DNA from: a virus
Taxonomy: Duplodnaviria > Heunggongvirae > Uroviricota > Caudoviricetes
Length of the DNA stretch: 64,000 bases
Virus record (IMG/VR): IMGVR_UViG_3300033463_000024
Direction: 5' to 3' (one strand)
Made by a program: the position numbers and the translations under genes. The notes below the pieces were generated by a model that made no database searches, had not been told where the DNA came from, and saw only the letters and a program-made list of their open reading frames with translations. Shown piece by piece: positions 26,629 to 35,802 of the stretch (position 1 is the first letter of the stretch; every line of letters starts with the position of its first letter).

Positions 26629-27408
26629 ATGCTCAACTGCTCATCCTACCTCCGTTCTCAACTCTCCAAGGCTTACGAGGCCGCAAAGAAGGTCATCACT
26701 TCTACGGAGATTGAGAAACAATACATCATCAATGCCAAGGCGGGTTCGCAGTCCGCACGTGACACCCTGTTCAACCTTTACATCCCGATGGTCATTACTT
26801 TCGCCCGTTCCCGCAACTACGAAATGTACACGGGCGAAATGAGCGACCTTATCGGCGCAGCCGCTCTCGGGTTCAATCGCGCCATTGAACTGTTTGATAG
26901 CAGTCTTGGTTATGAATTTGGTTGCTACTACAAGTGGCATATCAAGAATGCCATGAACAAGGAACTCTATGGCGATTCCGTTGTCGCCGTGCCGGAAAAC
27001 TTGCAGAAGCCCGCCAAGGGTACCGATGGCAAGCCTCTTCTCGATGAAGACGGACAGCCCATCAAGCGCAATCCGGTCAAGGTCGTGTCCGGCGATGCAA
27101 TGGTCGGCGATGACGATTCCAAGACCACCCTTCTTGAAACGTTGAGCGCAGAAGGCGAAAACGGGGCAGAAGAAGCCGAAGAACGCGACCGTTCCGCACT
27201 GGTCAATGAACTTCTCTCTTCCCTTCCCGAAATCGAATGCGATGCCATCAAGAAGATGGTCATGGGCGATGACCACGTGTCCACCCGAGAATGGGGCGAA
27301 TCGCATGGCTGTTCCCACGAATGGGCACGCAAGGTCAAGAACCGAGCACTGAAACGCCTCCGCGAAAAGATGTCCGAAATCTACGTGGAAGACCGCATGG
27401 CGGTATAA
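26629..27408 (+). CDS. RNA polymerase sigma factor (sigma70 family)
   Basis: Region 2 (ARDTLFNLYIPMVITFAR...DLIGAAALGFNRAIELFD...FGCYYKWHIKNAM) and region 4 HTH (LSSLPEIE...STREWGESHGCSHEWARKVKNRALKRLR). Confidence 0.9.
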   Translation: MLNCSSYLRSQLSKAYEAAKKVITSTEIEKQYIINAKAGSQSARDTLFNLYIPMVITFARSRNYEMYTGEMSDLIGAAALGFNRAIELFDSSLGYEFGCYYKWHIKNAMNKELYGDSVVAVPENLQKPAKGTDGKPLLDEDGQPIKRNPVKVVSGDAMVGDDDSKTTLLETLSAEGENGAEEAEERDRSALVNELLSSLPEIECDAIKKMVMGDDHVSTREWGESHGCSHEWARKVKNRALKRLREKMSEIYVEDRMAV

Positions 27409-27444
27409 ATGTCATAATAAATGGCGGTATAAATGGCGGTATAA
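27397..27444 (+). repeat. four tandem 12-mers
   Basis: ATGGCGGTATAA ATGTCATAATAA ATGGCGGTATAA ATGGCGGTATAA. Confidence 0.9.
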
Positions 27445-27447
27445 ATT

Positions 27448-27765
27448 ATGATTGTTTGTGACCATTGCCAACGATATGCCACTTCGGCTTGTCAGAACTG
27501 CGGGCATTTCAGCGCCCTCTATGGAAGCATCACCGGGGAGTATTCCGGTGGATGGGTAACCCCGGAAGAAGCTGACCATAAACTCCGCGAAATGTACCCG
27601 GAAGACTTCCATGGAAAGTTCGCCACGAAGATGATACTTGCCTACAGATTTGTCTCTCGCATTCTGCTCCCGTTCCTCCTGTACGAGAAGTGGAACCGCC
27701 CGAGACAATACATCAAGGGCGCGTATTATCCGTGGGAACACCCGGCAACAAGTTTACCATTTTAA
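27448..27765 (+). CDS. hypothetical protein with N-terminal CxxC..CxxC
   Basis: CDHC...CQNC. Confidence 0.7.
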   Translation: MIVCDHCQRYATSACQNCGHFSALYGSITGEYSGGWVTPEEADHKLREMYPEDFHGKFATKMILAYRFVSRILLPFLLYEKWNRPRQYIKGAYYPWEHPATSLPF

Positions 27766-27795
27766 TTTTTAATTTTTAATTTTTGGAGACACACC

Positions 27796-28272
27796 ATGCC
27801 TATCGAAGTCAAAGTAGAAGAAGTCATAAAGAAGAATAACGGCGTTATCCCAATGGAACACGTAGAGGCATCATGGTGGTCCGACGACCACCAGGAACGC
27901 ATTCGCACCGAAGACGGTACCTACATTGACCTTGGACAGCTTCGCTTGCTCTTTTGGGAATTTGCTAAGGATGACATGCCCAAGGAATCCATTGACAGGT
28001 ATCTTAAAGAGAACAAGGCTCTCGACCTGGCCGTGTACGGCAACATAGCGCGAGTGTTCTGGTACCGAGACCATGCCCGTGATTTCCAGTCAATCACCGA
28101 TGGCCGAAAGTTCTGTAAGACATTCGCCATGCAGATTCTTTACCACCCGGAAGTCAAGGATTGGATGGCCGCGGAAATGCACGACATCGCCATGGATGTC
28201 TACCGTAGACTGGGCCAACGGCTTACCGATTTTGCGACGGACAGTTTTGCCCTCACGACCCCGGAAACTTAG
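27796..28272 (+). CDS. hypothetical protein
   Basis: GGAGAC RBS. Confidence 0.8.
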   Translation: MPIEVKVEEVIKKNNGVIPMEHVEASWWSDDHQERIRTEDGTYIDLGQLRLLFWEFAKDDMPKESIDRYLKENKALDLAVYGNIARVFWYRDHARDFQSITDGRKFCKTFAMQILYHPEVKDWMAAEMHDIAMDVYRRLGQRLTDFATDSFALTTPET

Positions 28273-28280
28273 GAGACTAT

Positions 28281-28544
28281 ATGGAAATTGAAAGATCCGA
28301 AACACTTGAAAACGAAGGCCTTGTTAAGTACTATGACAAGCAGGGCAGGATTGTTGAAATCGCCTTCCTTAAATCGGGCTCCGGGTGCACAATCGAATAC
28401 CTCACCCCTCCCCCGAAACCGGATGCAATCACCGATGAACGCATTGTCCGTTGGAGCACCGGGCAAAAATACTACACCTACAAGGAGGAAGGCAAAACTA
28501 AATTTATGGAGTTGAAGAATGACGAAACAGACTGGCACTATTGA
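28281..28544 (+). CDS. hypothetical protein
   Basis: AGGAGAC RBS. Confidence 0.75.
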   Translation: MEIERSETLENEGLVKYYDKQGRIVEIAFLKSGSGCTIEYLTPPPKPDAITDERIVRWSTGQKYYTYKEEGKTKFMELKNDETDWHY

Positions 28545-28734
28545 TGGAAATGCCCACCCGAGCATAAGCCCCTGGTTGGCATACAACATGCAAGATGTCA
28601 AGCTTTGCCAACGGATGGACGAAATCGACCAAATGCATTGGATAATGGAACTTAAGGAACGCTGGGGAATCTTCTGGCGCATACCGTACTGGTGGCACCA
28701 TGGCCACCGTCCTGTTTCACACTTAACCAAATAA
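28519..28734 (+). CDS. hypothetical protein
   Basis: GGAG RBS; start uncertain. Confidence 0.5.
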   Translation: MTKQTGTIDGNAHPSISPWLAYNMQDVKLCQRMDEIDQMHWIMELKERWGIFWRIPYWWHHGHRPVSHLTK

Positions 28735-28746
28735 GGAGAATTGACC

Positions 28747-29193
28747 ATGAACTACTCGATGATTGTTGTAATGTACGGCTTCATGATTTTTTCAATATTC
28801 ATGGGCTCGATTTGCCTGTTCATTAAAAAGCAATATGAATGCGGCTTCATGATGCTAACCTGCGGTGCCGCATGTTGCCTGTTGAACATAATGGTGGACA
28901 TGTCGGATGAAGTAAATTCATCTACCTTTACTTTCGTACTGGATGTCATCTTCTGTGCATTGGTTTCATTTGGTGCAATGTGGGCTGAATGGAAAAACAT
29001 CAAGCATAAAAAGGCACGAAATGCCTGGCTTACCGAGACCGGGACAACGACCGTCATTGAACTGAAAGAGCATCTGGACGAGCTTATCCAATATGGGCAT
29101 GGCGGGTGCAAGGTCGTCATGTTTGATGGGCTTACATATCATCATGTTGGCCGCAACATCGGTGTTGGCAAGGACACCATCTATCTTGGATAG
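28747..29193 (+). CDS. membrane protein (3 TM)
   Basis: Three hydrophobic segments; AAGGAG RBS. Confidence 0.75.
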   Translation: MNYSMIVVMYGFMIFSIFMGSICLFIKKQYECGFMMLTCGAACCLLNIMVDMSDEVNSSTFTFVLDVIFCALVSFGAMWAEWKNIKHKKARNAWLTETGTTTVIELKEHLDELIQYGHGGCKVVMFDGLTYHHVGRNIGVGKDTIYLG

Positions 29194-29246
29194 GAGTATA
29201 AGTCCCTAAAATTTTATTTTTTGGCAATCGGGACACATAGTCCCGG

Positions 29247-29275
29247 TTGCCATTTTCTTTCAATTTTGCTAAATT
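29247..29275 (+). promoter_or_regulatory. sigma70-like promoter (class II), leaderless
   Basis: TTGCCA-N17-TAAATT, ATG 6 nt downstream. Confidence 0.7.
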
Positions 29276-29281
29276 TTGACC

Positions 29282-29695
29282 ATGAAAGAATATAGCTGGA
29301 CCAAATATTTTATCCCTCCTTTCCATAACGACAGAATTTGTGCCGATACAATCTGGGATTCCGCAGGCAACCGGACCACGACTTCCTCTTCGGAAGCCGC
29401 ATTTAAGGGCACCGCAGATGCCCATTTCAAGGCCATGGCAGCAGCCATGAACGCCACTGTGAACGGGACCGAACTCCCCGCGAAGATGTCCTTTGGTCAC
29501 CCGGACTACGAGGGCACCATGACCGATTCCATAGTAAGGTTCAAGGCGGATGGCGAGGAAATTGAACTGCATGTTCGCGGTTGGGGATTCCTGACAGACA
29601 GAAAGCGTCTCCACCCGAAGGTTGCCGCTGCCATCCAGGACGAATACGGGCAGTTCATCGTGGACTGCATGAACTCTATCAACACAGACGCATAA
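29282..29695 (+). CDS. hypothetical protein
   Basis: ATG at predicted TSS. Confidence 0.75.
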   Translation: MKEYSWTKYFIPPFHNDRICADTIWDSAGNRTTTSSSEAAFKGTADAHFKAMAAAMNATVNGTELPAKMSFGHPDYEGTMTDSIVRFKADGEEIELHVRGWGFLTDRKRLHPKVAAAIQDEYGQFIVDCMNSINTDA

Positions 29696-29727
29696 GGAAA
29701 TATAATGGGATTCTGGGGTATTTTGAC

Positions 29728-31179
29728 AAATGGGCGGTCGCAAGCTCACGCCCTTTAGGGCGTGGGTAAGACCCGCCGATAGCAGATGTAAGAAATAAAT
29801 AACATTTTATGTACACTAAAATAGCTATATTTATTGAGTAAAACTACTAAACTATAAGTATAGTCAAGAACTTATTATGGAACTGATAAGAAGCGAAGAT
29901 ACGAAGGCGAAAATTAAGGCGAGCATGGCTGAGACTCATGCCCGTCGTAAGTCGCAGATATGTCGTGTCTTTGAGCTCAAAGTGTCCATACGGCACAACC
30001 CGAAAGAGACCTTCCAGAAACTGGCCCAGTGCTTCAAGGAAGCGAAATGGGTAATCAACGACATGCTGTCGTTGTCCAAGGACAATCCCGACAACAGTAT
30101 GTTCGACTACAAGTACACCGAGCACAAGGATGTAGTCCACTACGACAAGGACAAGAATCCGGTCACTTCAACCATTACACTACCGTCTGTTCTCCACAGG
30201 GCTACTGTGGCCCAGAAGAAGACAGACATCATCAACCTTGCAAAAGCCAAGAAGAAAGGAATCAAGGTTGGTGCATTGAAGTTCAAGTCGGAAGTGAACT
30301 GCATCCCCATCATTACGGGTTTCACGAAGATTCTGGACGCAAGCCATATCACCATTCCTGGGTTCAGGAAGCTGAAGGTGAATGGATTGCATCAGATAGA
30401 ATTTGAGGAATACGAGATAGCCGACGCCAAGCTTATTCGCAAGGCGTCCGGCTACTATGTAAAACTCACCATTATGTTGCCGAAGGAACCGAGAAACCGC
30501 ACTCGCCGGAGTGTCGGCCTGGACTTCGGCATCAAGAACACGATAACGACATCGGACAACAAGACCTACGATTGCAAAGTGCAAGAAACCGAGTACCTGA
30601 AGTACCTATCAAAGATGTTGAATAGGCACAAGAAAGAGAAGGACTCCAAGCGGCGGTGGAACTGTAGGAAGCAGCTTGCCCGTGAGCATGAACATGTTGC
30701 AAATATCCGTAAGGACATCTGCAACAAAATCTATCACGACCTTGTGTCCAATTACGATGTCATCTACATACAGGACGAGCAAATCAAGAACTGGCACCAG
30801 ACGTGGTTCGGCAAGCAAGTCCAGCATTCTTGCATGGGTGCCCTTAAACAGCGCATTAAGATGCTGGTTAAGGCAGACCGTGCATTCGTGCTGTCCAAGT
30901 GGCTGCCGACAACCAAGATGTGTCCGGTCTGCGGTGCAGTCAATCAGATTGGATTGGATGAACGCACATATCATTGTGATTGCGGATACACCAAGCCCAG
31001 AGACTGGCATTCCGCCTGTAATGTACTCTTGTTTGGCACGACTAAACGTGCTGAGTGCGTGGAACACGCCTCCGCTGAGGTAGCCGCCTCTATGCAGTCC
31101 AGTTCTACTGGGTTAGCACAAGCGGCTCCGTTGAAGCGAAAACTCGAAGCTCACAGCCTTTAGGCTGTGGGTAGTTCAC
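29728..31179 (+). mobile_element. IS200/IS605-family TnpB-only element (IS1341-like)
   Basis: TTGAC 5' of left end; subterminal hairpins CTCACGCCCTTTAGGGCGTGGG and CTCACAGCCTTTAGGCTGTGGG; right end ...TCAC; no target duplication; no tnpA. Confidence 0.9.
29877..31163 (+). CDS. tnpB: RNA-guided endonuclease TnpB
   Basis: RuvC-I VGLDFG, RuvC-II region YIQDE, Zn finger CPVC...CDC, RuvC-III PRDWHSACN. Confidence 0.92.
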   Translation: MELIRSEDTKAKIKASMAETHARRKSQICRVFELKVSIRHNPKETFQKLAQCFKEAKWVINDMLSLSKDNPDNSMFDYKYTEHKDVVHYDKDKNPVTSTITLPSVLHRATVAQKKTDIINLAKAKKKGIKVGALKFKSEVNCIPIITGFTKILDASHITIPGFRKLKVNGLHQIEFEEYEIADAKLIRKASGYYVKLTIMLPKEPRNRTRRSVGLDFGIKNTITTSDNKTYDCKVQETEYLKYLSKMLNRHKKEKDSKRRWNCRKQLAREHEHVANIRKDICNKIYHDLVSNYDVIYIQDEQIKNWHQTWFGKQVQHSCMGALKQRIKMLVKADRAFVLSKWLPTTKMCPVCGAVNQIGLDERTYHCDCGYTKPRDWHSACNVLLFGTTKRAECVEHASAEVAASMQSSSTGLAQAAPLKRKLEAHSL

Positions 31180-31406
31180 GGGTTTAGCGGCAGCCAAGTA
31201 CATCGTAAGTGACAACGGTAATGGCGGTGGTAGCGTACAATATGTCTACACGCCAGCTCAAATTGCTGAAATGGAAGAAAGGGCTGCAATACGACAAGCC
31301 AAGTGGGAAACCGAACCGCGCTTACCGAATACTTCAGTAACGAGGAGCTGTCCGCAGTTATCCGTTTCCTCGAAAAGCTTCAACTCATTTATCCAATAGG
31401 AACCGT

Positions 31407-32342
31407 ATGAACATAATCGACACACTTGGTCTAAGCGCGTCCCATAAGGGACAGAGCAACAAGACCGTCCTGAACCTGACCCATACCGACCTCGATGGCG
31501 CAGTTGCCGGTATCGTGGTAAGAAATGTATTCCCGAACGCAATCACCGTCAAGGTGAATTACCGCGGTTCCGCCGAATACGAATCTGCCTGCGAGGCAAT
31601 TACCGGACTGAACTACGATGCAATCGTCATCACGGACTTCTCCCCGGACAACAACATGGTACAGTTGATACACTCGGTAAATAAGCCGTACGTTGTCATC
31701 GACCATCACCAGACAGCCAACATTCGTCTTGACGATGAACTGGGACTGTACCTCGTCAATACGAAAGTCTGCGGTGCTGTTCTTACCCTTAAGAATCTGG
31801 CGCACTTTGCAAACTTGGAACACCTGGATACATTGTGCAAGGCCACCAACGACCATGACCTTTGGATTAGACAGATGATTCCGCTCTCGGACAACCTGAA
31901 CACTTTGCTCTATGAGCTCGGCTATGACGAGTTCATTGAAAAGTTCATGGGCGGGATGGAAGGATATAATCTTCCTTCGGACACACTCCCGATTCTCGAC
32001 AATCACGACAAGGCAGTAGACGAACACATGCTCAGGTGCGAACAGCATAAATTACCATACAACGGTTACTATATTGAAACCGACCGCTTCAACAGCGACA
32101 TCGTTATCCGACTTTTGGAACACTACGACTGGCTCGTACTCACGGATCCAGAAGAATGCTCGCCGGGTATGACAAAATTATCCTTCCGTACAAGCCGGAA
32201 GGATGTGAATATCGGGCAGTTCTTGAAGGAATTGGGACGAGGTGGCGGTGGTCATCCTGGTGCCGCGGGACAGCTTATACCGACAGCGGAAAAGGATGAG
32301 TTCATCAACATGGTAGCCGAGAACCTGTTCGGAACCAACTAA
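31407..32342 (+). CDS. DHH/DHHA1-family phosphoesterase
   Basis: THTDLDG, ITDFS, IDHHQ, GGGGHPGAAG. Confidence 0.92.
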   Translation: MNIIDTLGLSASHKGQSNKTVLNLTHTDLDGAVAGIVVRNVFPNAITVKVNYRGSAEYESACEAITGLNYDAIVITDFSPDNNMVQLIHSVNKPYVVIDHHQTANIRLDDELGLYLVNTKVCGAVLTLKNLAHFANLEHLDTLCKATNDHDLWIRQMIPLSDNLNTLLYELGYDEFIEKFMGGMEGYNLPSDTLPILDNHDKAVDEHMLRCEQHKLPYNGYYIETDRFNSDIVIRLLEHYDWLVLTDPEECSPGMTKLSFRTSRKDVNIGQFLKELGRGGGGHPGAAGQLIPTAEKDEFINMVAENLFGTN

Positions 32343-32938
32343 GCCGAATGATTGACCGGGTCTTGCCAATGGTAAGACTCGGTTTTCATTTTATCGGTAT
32401 CTACAACAAGCAAGTCAAGGTTAGAGAACCTGAAGCCGGTGGAGTTGATGATGTCATAGGCTGAAATGTCCGGATTTCCATTAATGTAGTGATAGAGATA
32501 ACGGATCACCATCCCATGGGACACGGCGACAAAGGAATCAACGCCATTTTCATGCTTGACATTGTTGGCAAGCTCGCTCAATATAGCCTTGATTCTCAGT
32601 TTCATTGTCGATGGGCGCAGGGGGACCAGTTCCTCAAACTCTTCCCTGGTTATTTCCCAGAACTTACGTGCACCCAGTCCCTTGCAGTCGAACTCACCAA
32701 GTTCTTTGCTCACTTCATCGGGATAGCGCTCAAACAGCATGTTGGCGGTGCTCATGCAGCGCCTTGTAGGGGAGCTGATAATGGTGCGTCTAGCCTCTTC
32801 CGGTATATGACAGCCCACACGCTCCTCCCAGTCATCCGGCTTGTCCAGAAGCGTTATATCGGCATCGTCATAAACGGCAGCCATCGTTCCCGTCAGGTTT
32901 GCCGATGTAGGTGCATGTCTGATGAAATAAATTTTCAT
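32339..32938 (-). CDS. histidine phosphatase (phosphoglycerate mutase-like) family
   Basis: FIRHAPT, ISSPTRRC, VSHGMVI. Confidence 0.88.
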   Translation of the reverse strand: MKIYFIRHAPTSANLTGTMAAVYDDADITLLDKPDDWEERVGCHIPEEARRTIISSPTRRCMSTANMLFERYPDEVSKELGEFDCKGLGARKFWEITREEFEELVPLRPSTMKLRIKAILSELANNVKHENGVDSFVAVSHGMVIRYLYHYINGNPDISAYDIINSTGFRFSNLDLLVVDTDKMKTESYHWQDPVNHSA

Positions 32939-32941
32939 TTT

Positions 32942-33373
32942 TTACTCCAAGCCCTTTCTGGACTCCTTGTCCAGCTTGCGGCCAACTAGCCACAGATAGA
33001 TCCTCCACATCCACTTGGATTCCGGATTGAAACATACTGAACGGTCGTCAAGGTAAAAGTCGCATCGAATCTTTCGGCCAAAGTTCTTCGGTTCCCAGCC
33101 AGATTCAAAATAGTCGCCGATTACGTTGGAATTGTAGTTGGCAAAATATAATCCATGCCTATTGCAGAAATTTATTGCGTCATTAAGATATTCGCCATCG
33201 GGGAAGTCCTTGCCGCCATAGTTTTCACGGCACGTCCATAGAATAATCTTGTCGCCCTTCTTTTGCCGTTTAATCAGCCAATTAATTAACGGTTCGTTTG
33301 GCCGACCATAGGAAATATTAGGCCACCCTTTGTAGCAAATTGTTCCGTCGAAATCCACTGCGATAGTGCTCAT
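32942..33373 (-). CDS. HAD-like hydrolase
   Basis: TIAVDFDGTI, IILWTCR, CDFYLDDR. Confidence 0.88.
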   Translation of the reverse strand: MSTIAVDFDGTICYKGWPNISYGRPNEPLINWLIKRQKKGDKIILWTCRENYGGKDFPDGEYLNDAINFCNRHGLYFANYNSNVIGDYFESGWEPKNFGRKIRCDFYLDDRSVCFNPESKWMWRIYLWLVGRKLDKESRKGLE

Positions 33374-33915
33374 TTGTTCACCTTTTCCTGTGTTGGGTTT
33401 GGTTTCTTGTCTTCCTCGGTGCGTTTCTTCAAGATATCGAAGATTTCCTTGAATGTAAGCACCTTCATCTTTTTCTTGTTTTTCGCTGCCAGCTTGGCCG
33501 CTTCCTCCGACTTGATCCTGGCTGCAATCACGAAATCCAGCTCGGCAACAAACTCAGCCTTCTTGCTAGTCTTCGTCTTCTTGTAGATGAACATCTTGGC
33601 GTCTTCGTCATAGGCCATGCCATAATCCTTGGCATCGGAAAACAGCATGGCCATTTTCGTCTCGTTCCGCATGAAGGCGTCGATTGCAGCCTCTTCCTTT
33701 GCAGCAGCGGTCATGTTGTTGAGAACATGGCGAACCTGTGCCAGGTCGTATTCCCGGTCGTCATCACCGTCAAGCCACTTGACCGGGAACTCCAGTGAGA
33801 ACCCGGCCTTGTTCTTGTATCTGAATGCCAGGCCCGAATCGTTTTTCACCAATGTAAAGCCATTGGTGGAGAATAGGTTCTTGATTGCTTCTTTCTTGAT
33901 GTATGTAGACATCAT
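33370..33915 (-). CDS. hypothetical protein
   Basis: Coupled operon ORF. Confidence 0.75.
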   Translation of the reverse strand: MMSTYIKKEAIKNLFSTNGFTLVKNDSGLAFRYKNKAGFSLEFPVKWLDGDDDREYDLAQVRHVLNNMTAAAKEEAAIDAFMRNETKMAMLFSDAKDYGMAYDEDAKMFIYKKTKTSKKAEFVAELDFVIAARIKSEEAAKLAAKNKKKMKVLTFKEIFDILKKRTEEDKKPNPTQEKVNK

Positions 33916-34292
33916 TCCTCTGCTGGTGTAATTATGGAGGTTTCCTTACTATACAAGGTTTCCTGTTCCATCGCCTGGAATAATTCAGCCGCGCTGGAAA
34001 AAACTTTGCCATTGAACATGATACGTCCGTCTTTATTCTCCGGCGTATATCCGGCTACGGCTAGATCAGTAGCCCGGTAGACCGGTCGCCGAGCATAACC
34101 ATAACCTACCGGCCTGATATCCTGATAGGAATCCGCTGGACTCAGATCAAGGGAAAGCGCCGGAGGGGGAGGAACCGGTCTTTCCTCTCTGAGATTAATC
34201 TTGCTTTCCTCATGGGTGCGGTTCCATATCTTGCGAACCATCCCGCCAACGATACAGCCGTAAAGTATATATTTGATGCAATTTATGCTCAT
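33912..34292 (-). CDS. hypothetical protein
   Basis: First ORF of minus operon. Confidence 0.65.
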   Translation of the reverse strand: MSINCIKYILYGCIVGGMVRKIWNRTHEESKINLREERPVPPPPALSLDLSPADSYQDIRPVGYGYARRPVYRATDLAVAGYTPENKDGRIMFNGKVFSSAAELFQAMEQETLYSKETSIITPAEE

Positions 34293-34416
34293 TTCAGCCT
34301 AAAATTAGAATTTTTCTTACTTTTTTCTTGTAAATATATTTTAACATTTTACCCTCGACCGGAAACGGCAGTCCGGTCCGGGCCGCGATGAATAAACTCC
34401 TATCAGGAGGTTCCAT

Positions 34417-34962
34417 ATGGACGAAGAACAGCTAGAAGTCGATAACGAAGAACGAATCATTAGGCTGACCGGGGAGATTTCAGAGGAGTCTGCTGACAAG
34501 TGCGTCCGGGCCATCCACGAGCTTTGCCGCGAGCCGGGGGAGATTACATTAATCATTTGTAGCGATGGCGGCTCCCTTGATGACGGGTTCCGAATCATCG
34601 ACGCGATGACCATCGCACGGACAAAGGGATGCACAGTAAACACGATTGCATCCGGGAAGGCAAGTTCGATGGGCGCCATGATATTCTGTGCTGGTGTTCG
34701 CAGGACAATCTACCGCCATGCAAGGATAATGATACACCCGGCTTTCTACAATGAAGAGTCCGGTGGCGTCACTACCCGTAACGACGCAATGAACATGGCG
34801 CTTGAACTGGATTACTACAACGGCCTGTTCAGGAACCTTCTGTCCACCATGTCCATCCCCCAGGACCTCCTTGACCGGATGCTCCGGGAGGATGTATTCC
34901 TCGGGGCGGACGATGCAATCAAGTACGGCATCGCCCACGAATACGAGTCCGAATACATCTAA
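34417..34962 (+). CDS. clpP: ClpP-family protease subunit
   Basis: ICSDGGS, SGKASSMGAMI (catalytic Ser), RIMIHP (His), DVFLGADDAIKYGIA; AGGAGG RBS. Confidence 0.88.
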   Translation: MDEEQLEVDNEERIIRLTGEISEESADKCVRAIHELCREPGEITLIICSDGGSLDDGFRIIDAMTIARTKGCTVNTIASGKASSMGAMIFCAGVRRTIYRHARIMIHPAFYNEESGGVTTRNDAMNMALELDYYNGLFRNLLSTMSIPQDLLDRMLREDVFLGADDAIKYGIAHEYESEYI

Positions 34963-35267
34963 ATCATTGAGCGCATCTTGCTCATTGATTCGGCTGCCGC
35001 TTCCGGGGAAGTCCCTTCGATTTCCCCGCGTTCAATGACATTCTTGCATGCCGCCTTGATGCTGTATTCCACATTGGTTGGTACGTGTTCCTGAACGCAC
35101 CCGCTGTTCATAATCACCAAAGCAACCATCAGCTTGCTTGCATCGTCGGCAAATTCCGGATCCAGTCCGAGATTGCGATATACGCTATCTACATCCACGC
35201 CTTCAGCGGCATGTTCAATGACTTTTCTGTATGCTTCTTCAAACGGTAAAACAGATGACATAATCAC
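34959..35267 (-). CDS. hypothetical protein
   Basis: GAGGTG RBS. Confidence 0.7.
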   Translation of the reverse strand: MIMSSVLPFEEAYRKVIEHAAEGVDVDSVYRNLGLDPEFADDASKLMVALVIMNSGCVQEHVPTNVEYSIKAACKNVIERGEIEGTSPEAAAESMSKMRSMI

Positions 35268-35569
35268 CTCACTTCAAAAGGTTCTGGACGGAGTGGTTTC
35301 ACCCATTTGCAATCAACCACCTTGTTCGGTGATTCCATGCCAGGGAATTTCTCCTTCCAGTTAAATGTAACTTTATATTGTAATCTTGTCTCGTGGCTTC
35401 CATTGGTAATCAGTACGGTAGACGTACCCTTTTGGCGATTGTGGACTACCCTGCCACTTTTATACCCCTTGGCCTCCAGCTGTTTAAGCAGTTCCGGGAA
35501 ATCCTGCCCCACCATGCCCTTGGCAGCGCATTCGCACCCGATATCAATCGCCTCTTCTGTTTCGCTCAT
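35264..35569 (-). CDS. hypothetical protein
   Basis: GGAGG RBS. Confidence 0.7.
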   Translation of the reverse strand: MSETEEAIDIGCECAAKGMVGQDFPELLKQLEAKGYKSGRVVHNRQKGTSTVLITNGSHETRLQYKVTFNWKEKFPGMESPNKVVDCKWVKPLRPEPFEVR

Positions 35570-35802
35570 TTTGTTTCCTCCAATACACGTTTTAAAAGTT
35601 CAAGGTTCTTGATGCTTTCCCTATAGTTTGCATTAAGTATGGCGGTCGCATCCATTTCCGCCTGGGTAACATAGTCCGGGTATCCGTCATTAGATTTCAG
35701 CCTCTTGTCCCGTAGGCGCAACGGGACGGAGTTCGCCCGCAGCTTCTTGCGGAACTCCTTGATTGCGCCGTCGATATCATCAAATTCATCTTTTCCTTTC
35801 AT
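35566..35802 (-). CDS. hypothetical protein
   Basis: Operon ORF. Confidence 0.65.
   Translation of the reverse strand: MKGKDEFDDIDGAIKEFRKKLRANSVPLRLRDKRLKSNDGYPDYVTQAEMDATAILNANYRESIKNLELLKRVLEETK

Larger units (their letters stand above)
29705..31399 (+). pseudogene. 80-aa gene split by IS (29705-29727 + 31180-31399)
   Basis: Removing 29728-31179 gives in-frame MGFWGILTGLAAAKYIVSDNGNGGGSVQY...FIQ*; TAAGGAAA RBS. Confidence 0.8.

Noticed and set aside
27760-27785. TTTTAAT triplet repeat
   Set aside because: Low-complexity AT-rich linker like others before RBSs; no further support
29728-29876. Group I intron (IStron) in the TnpB element
   Set aside because: Only 149 bp precede tnpB, AT-rich and promoter-like; too short for a group I core
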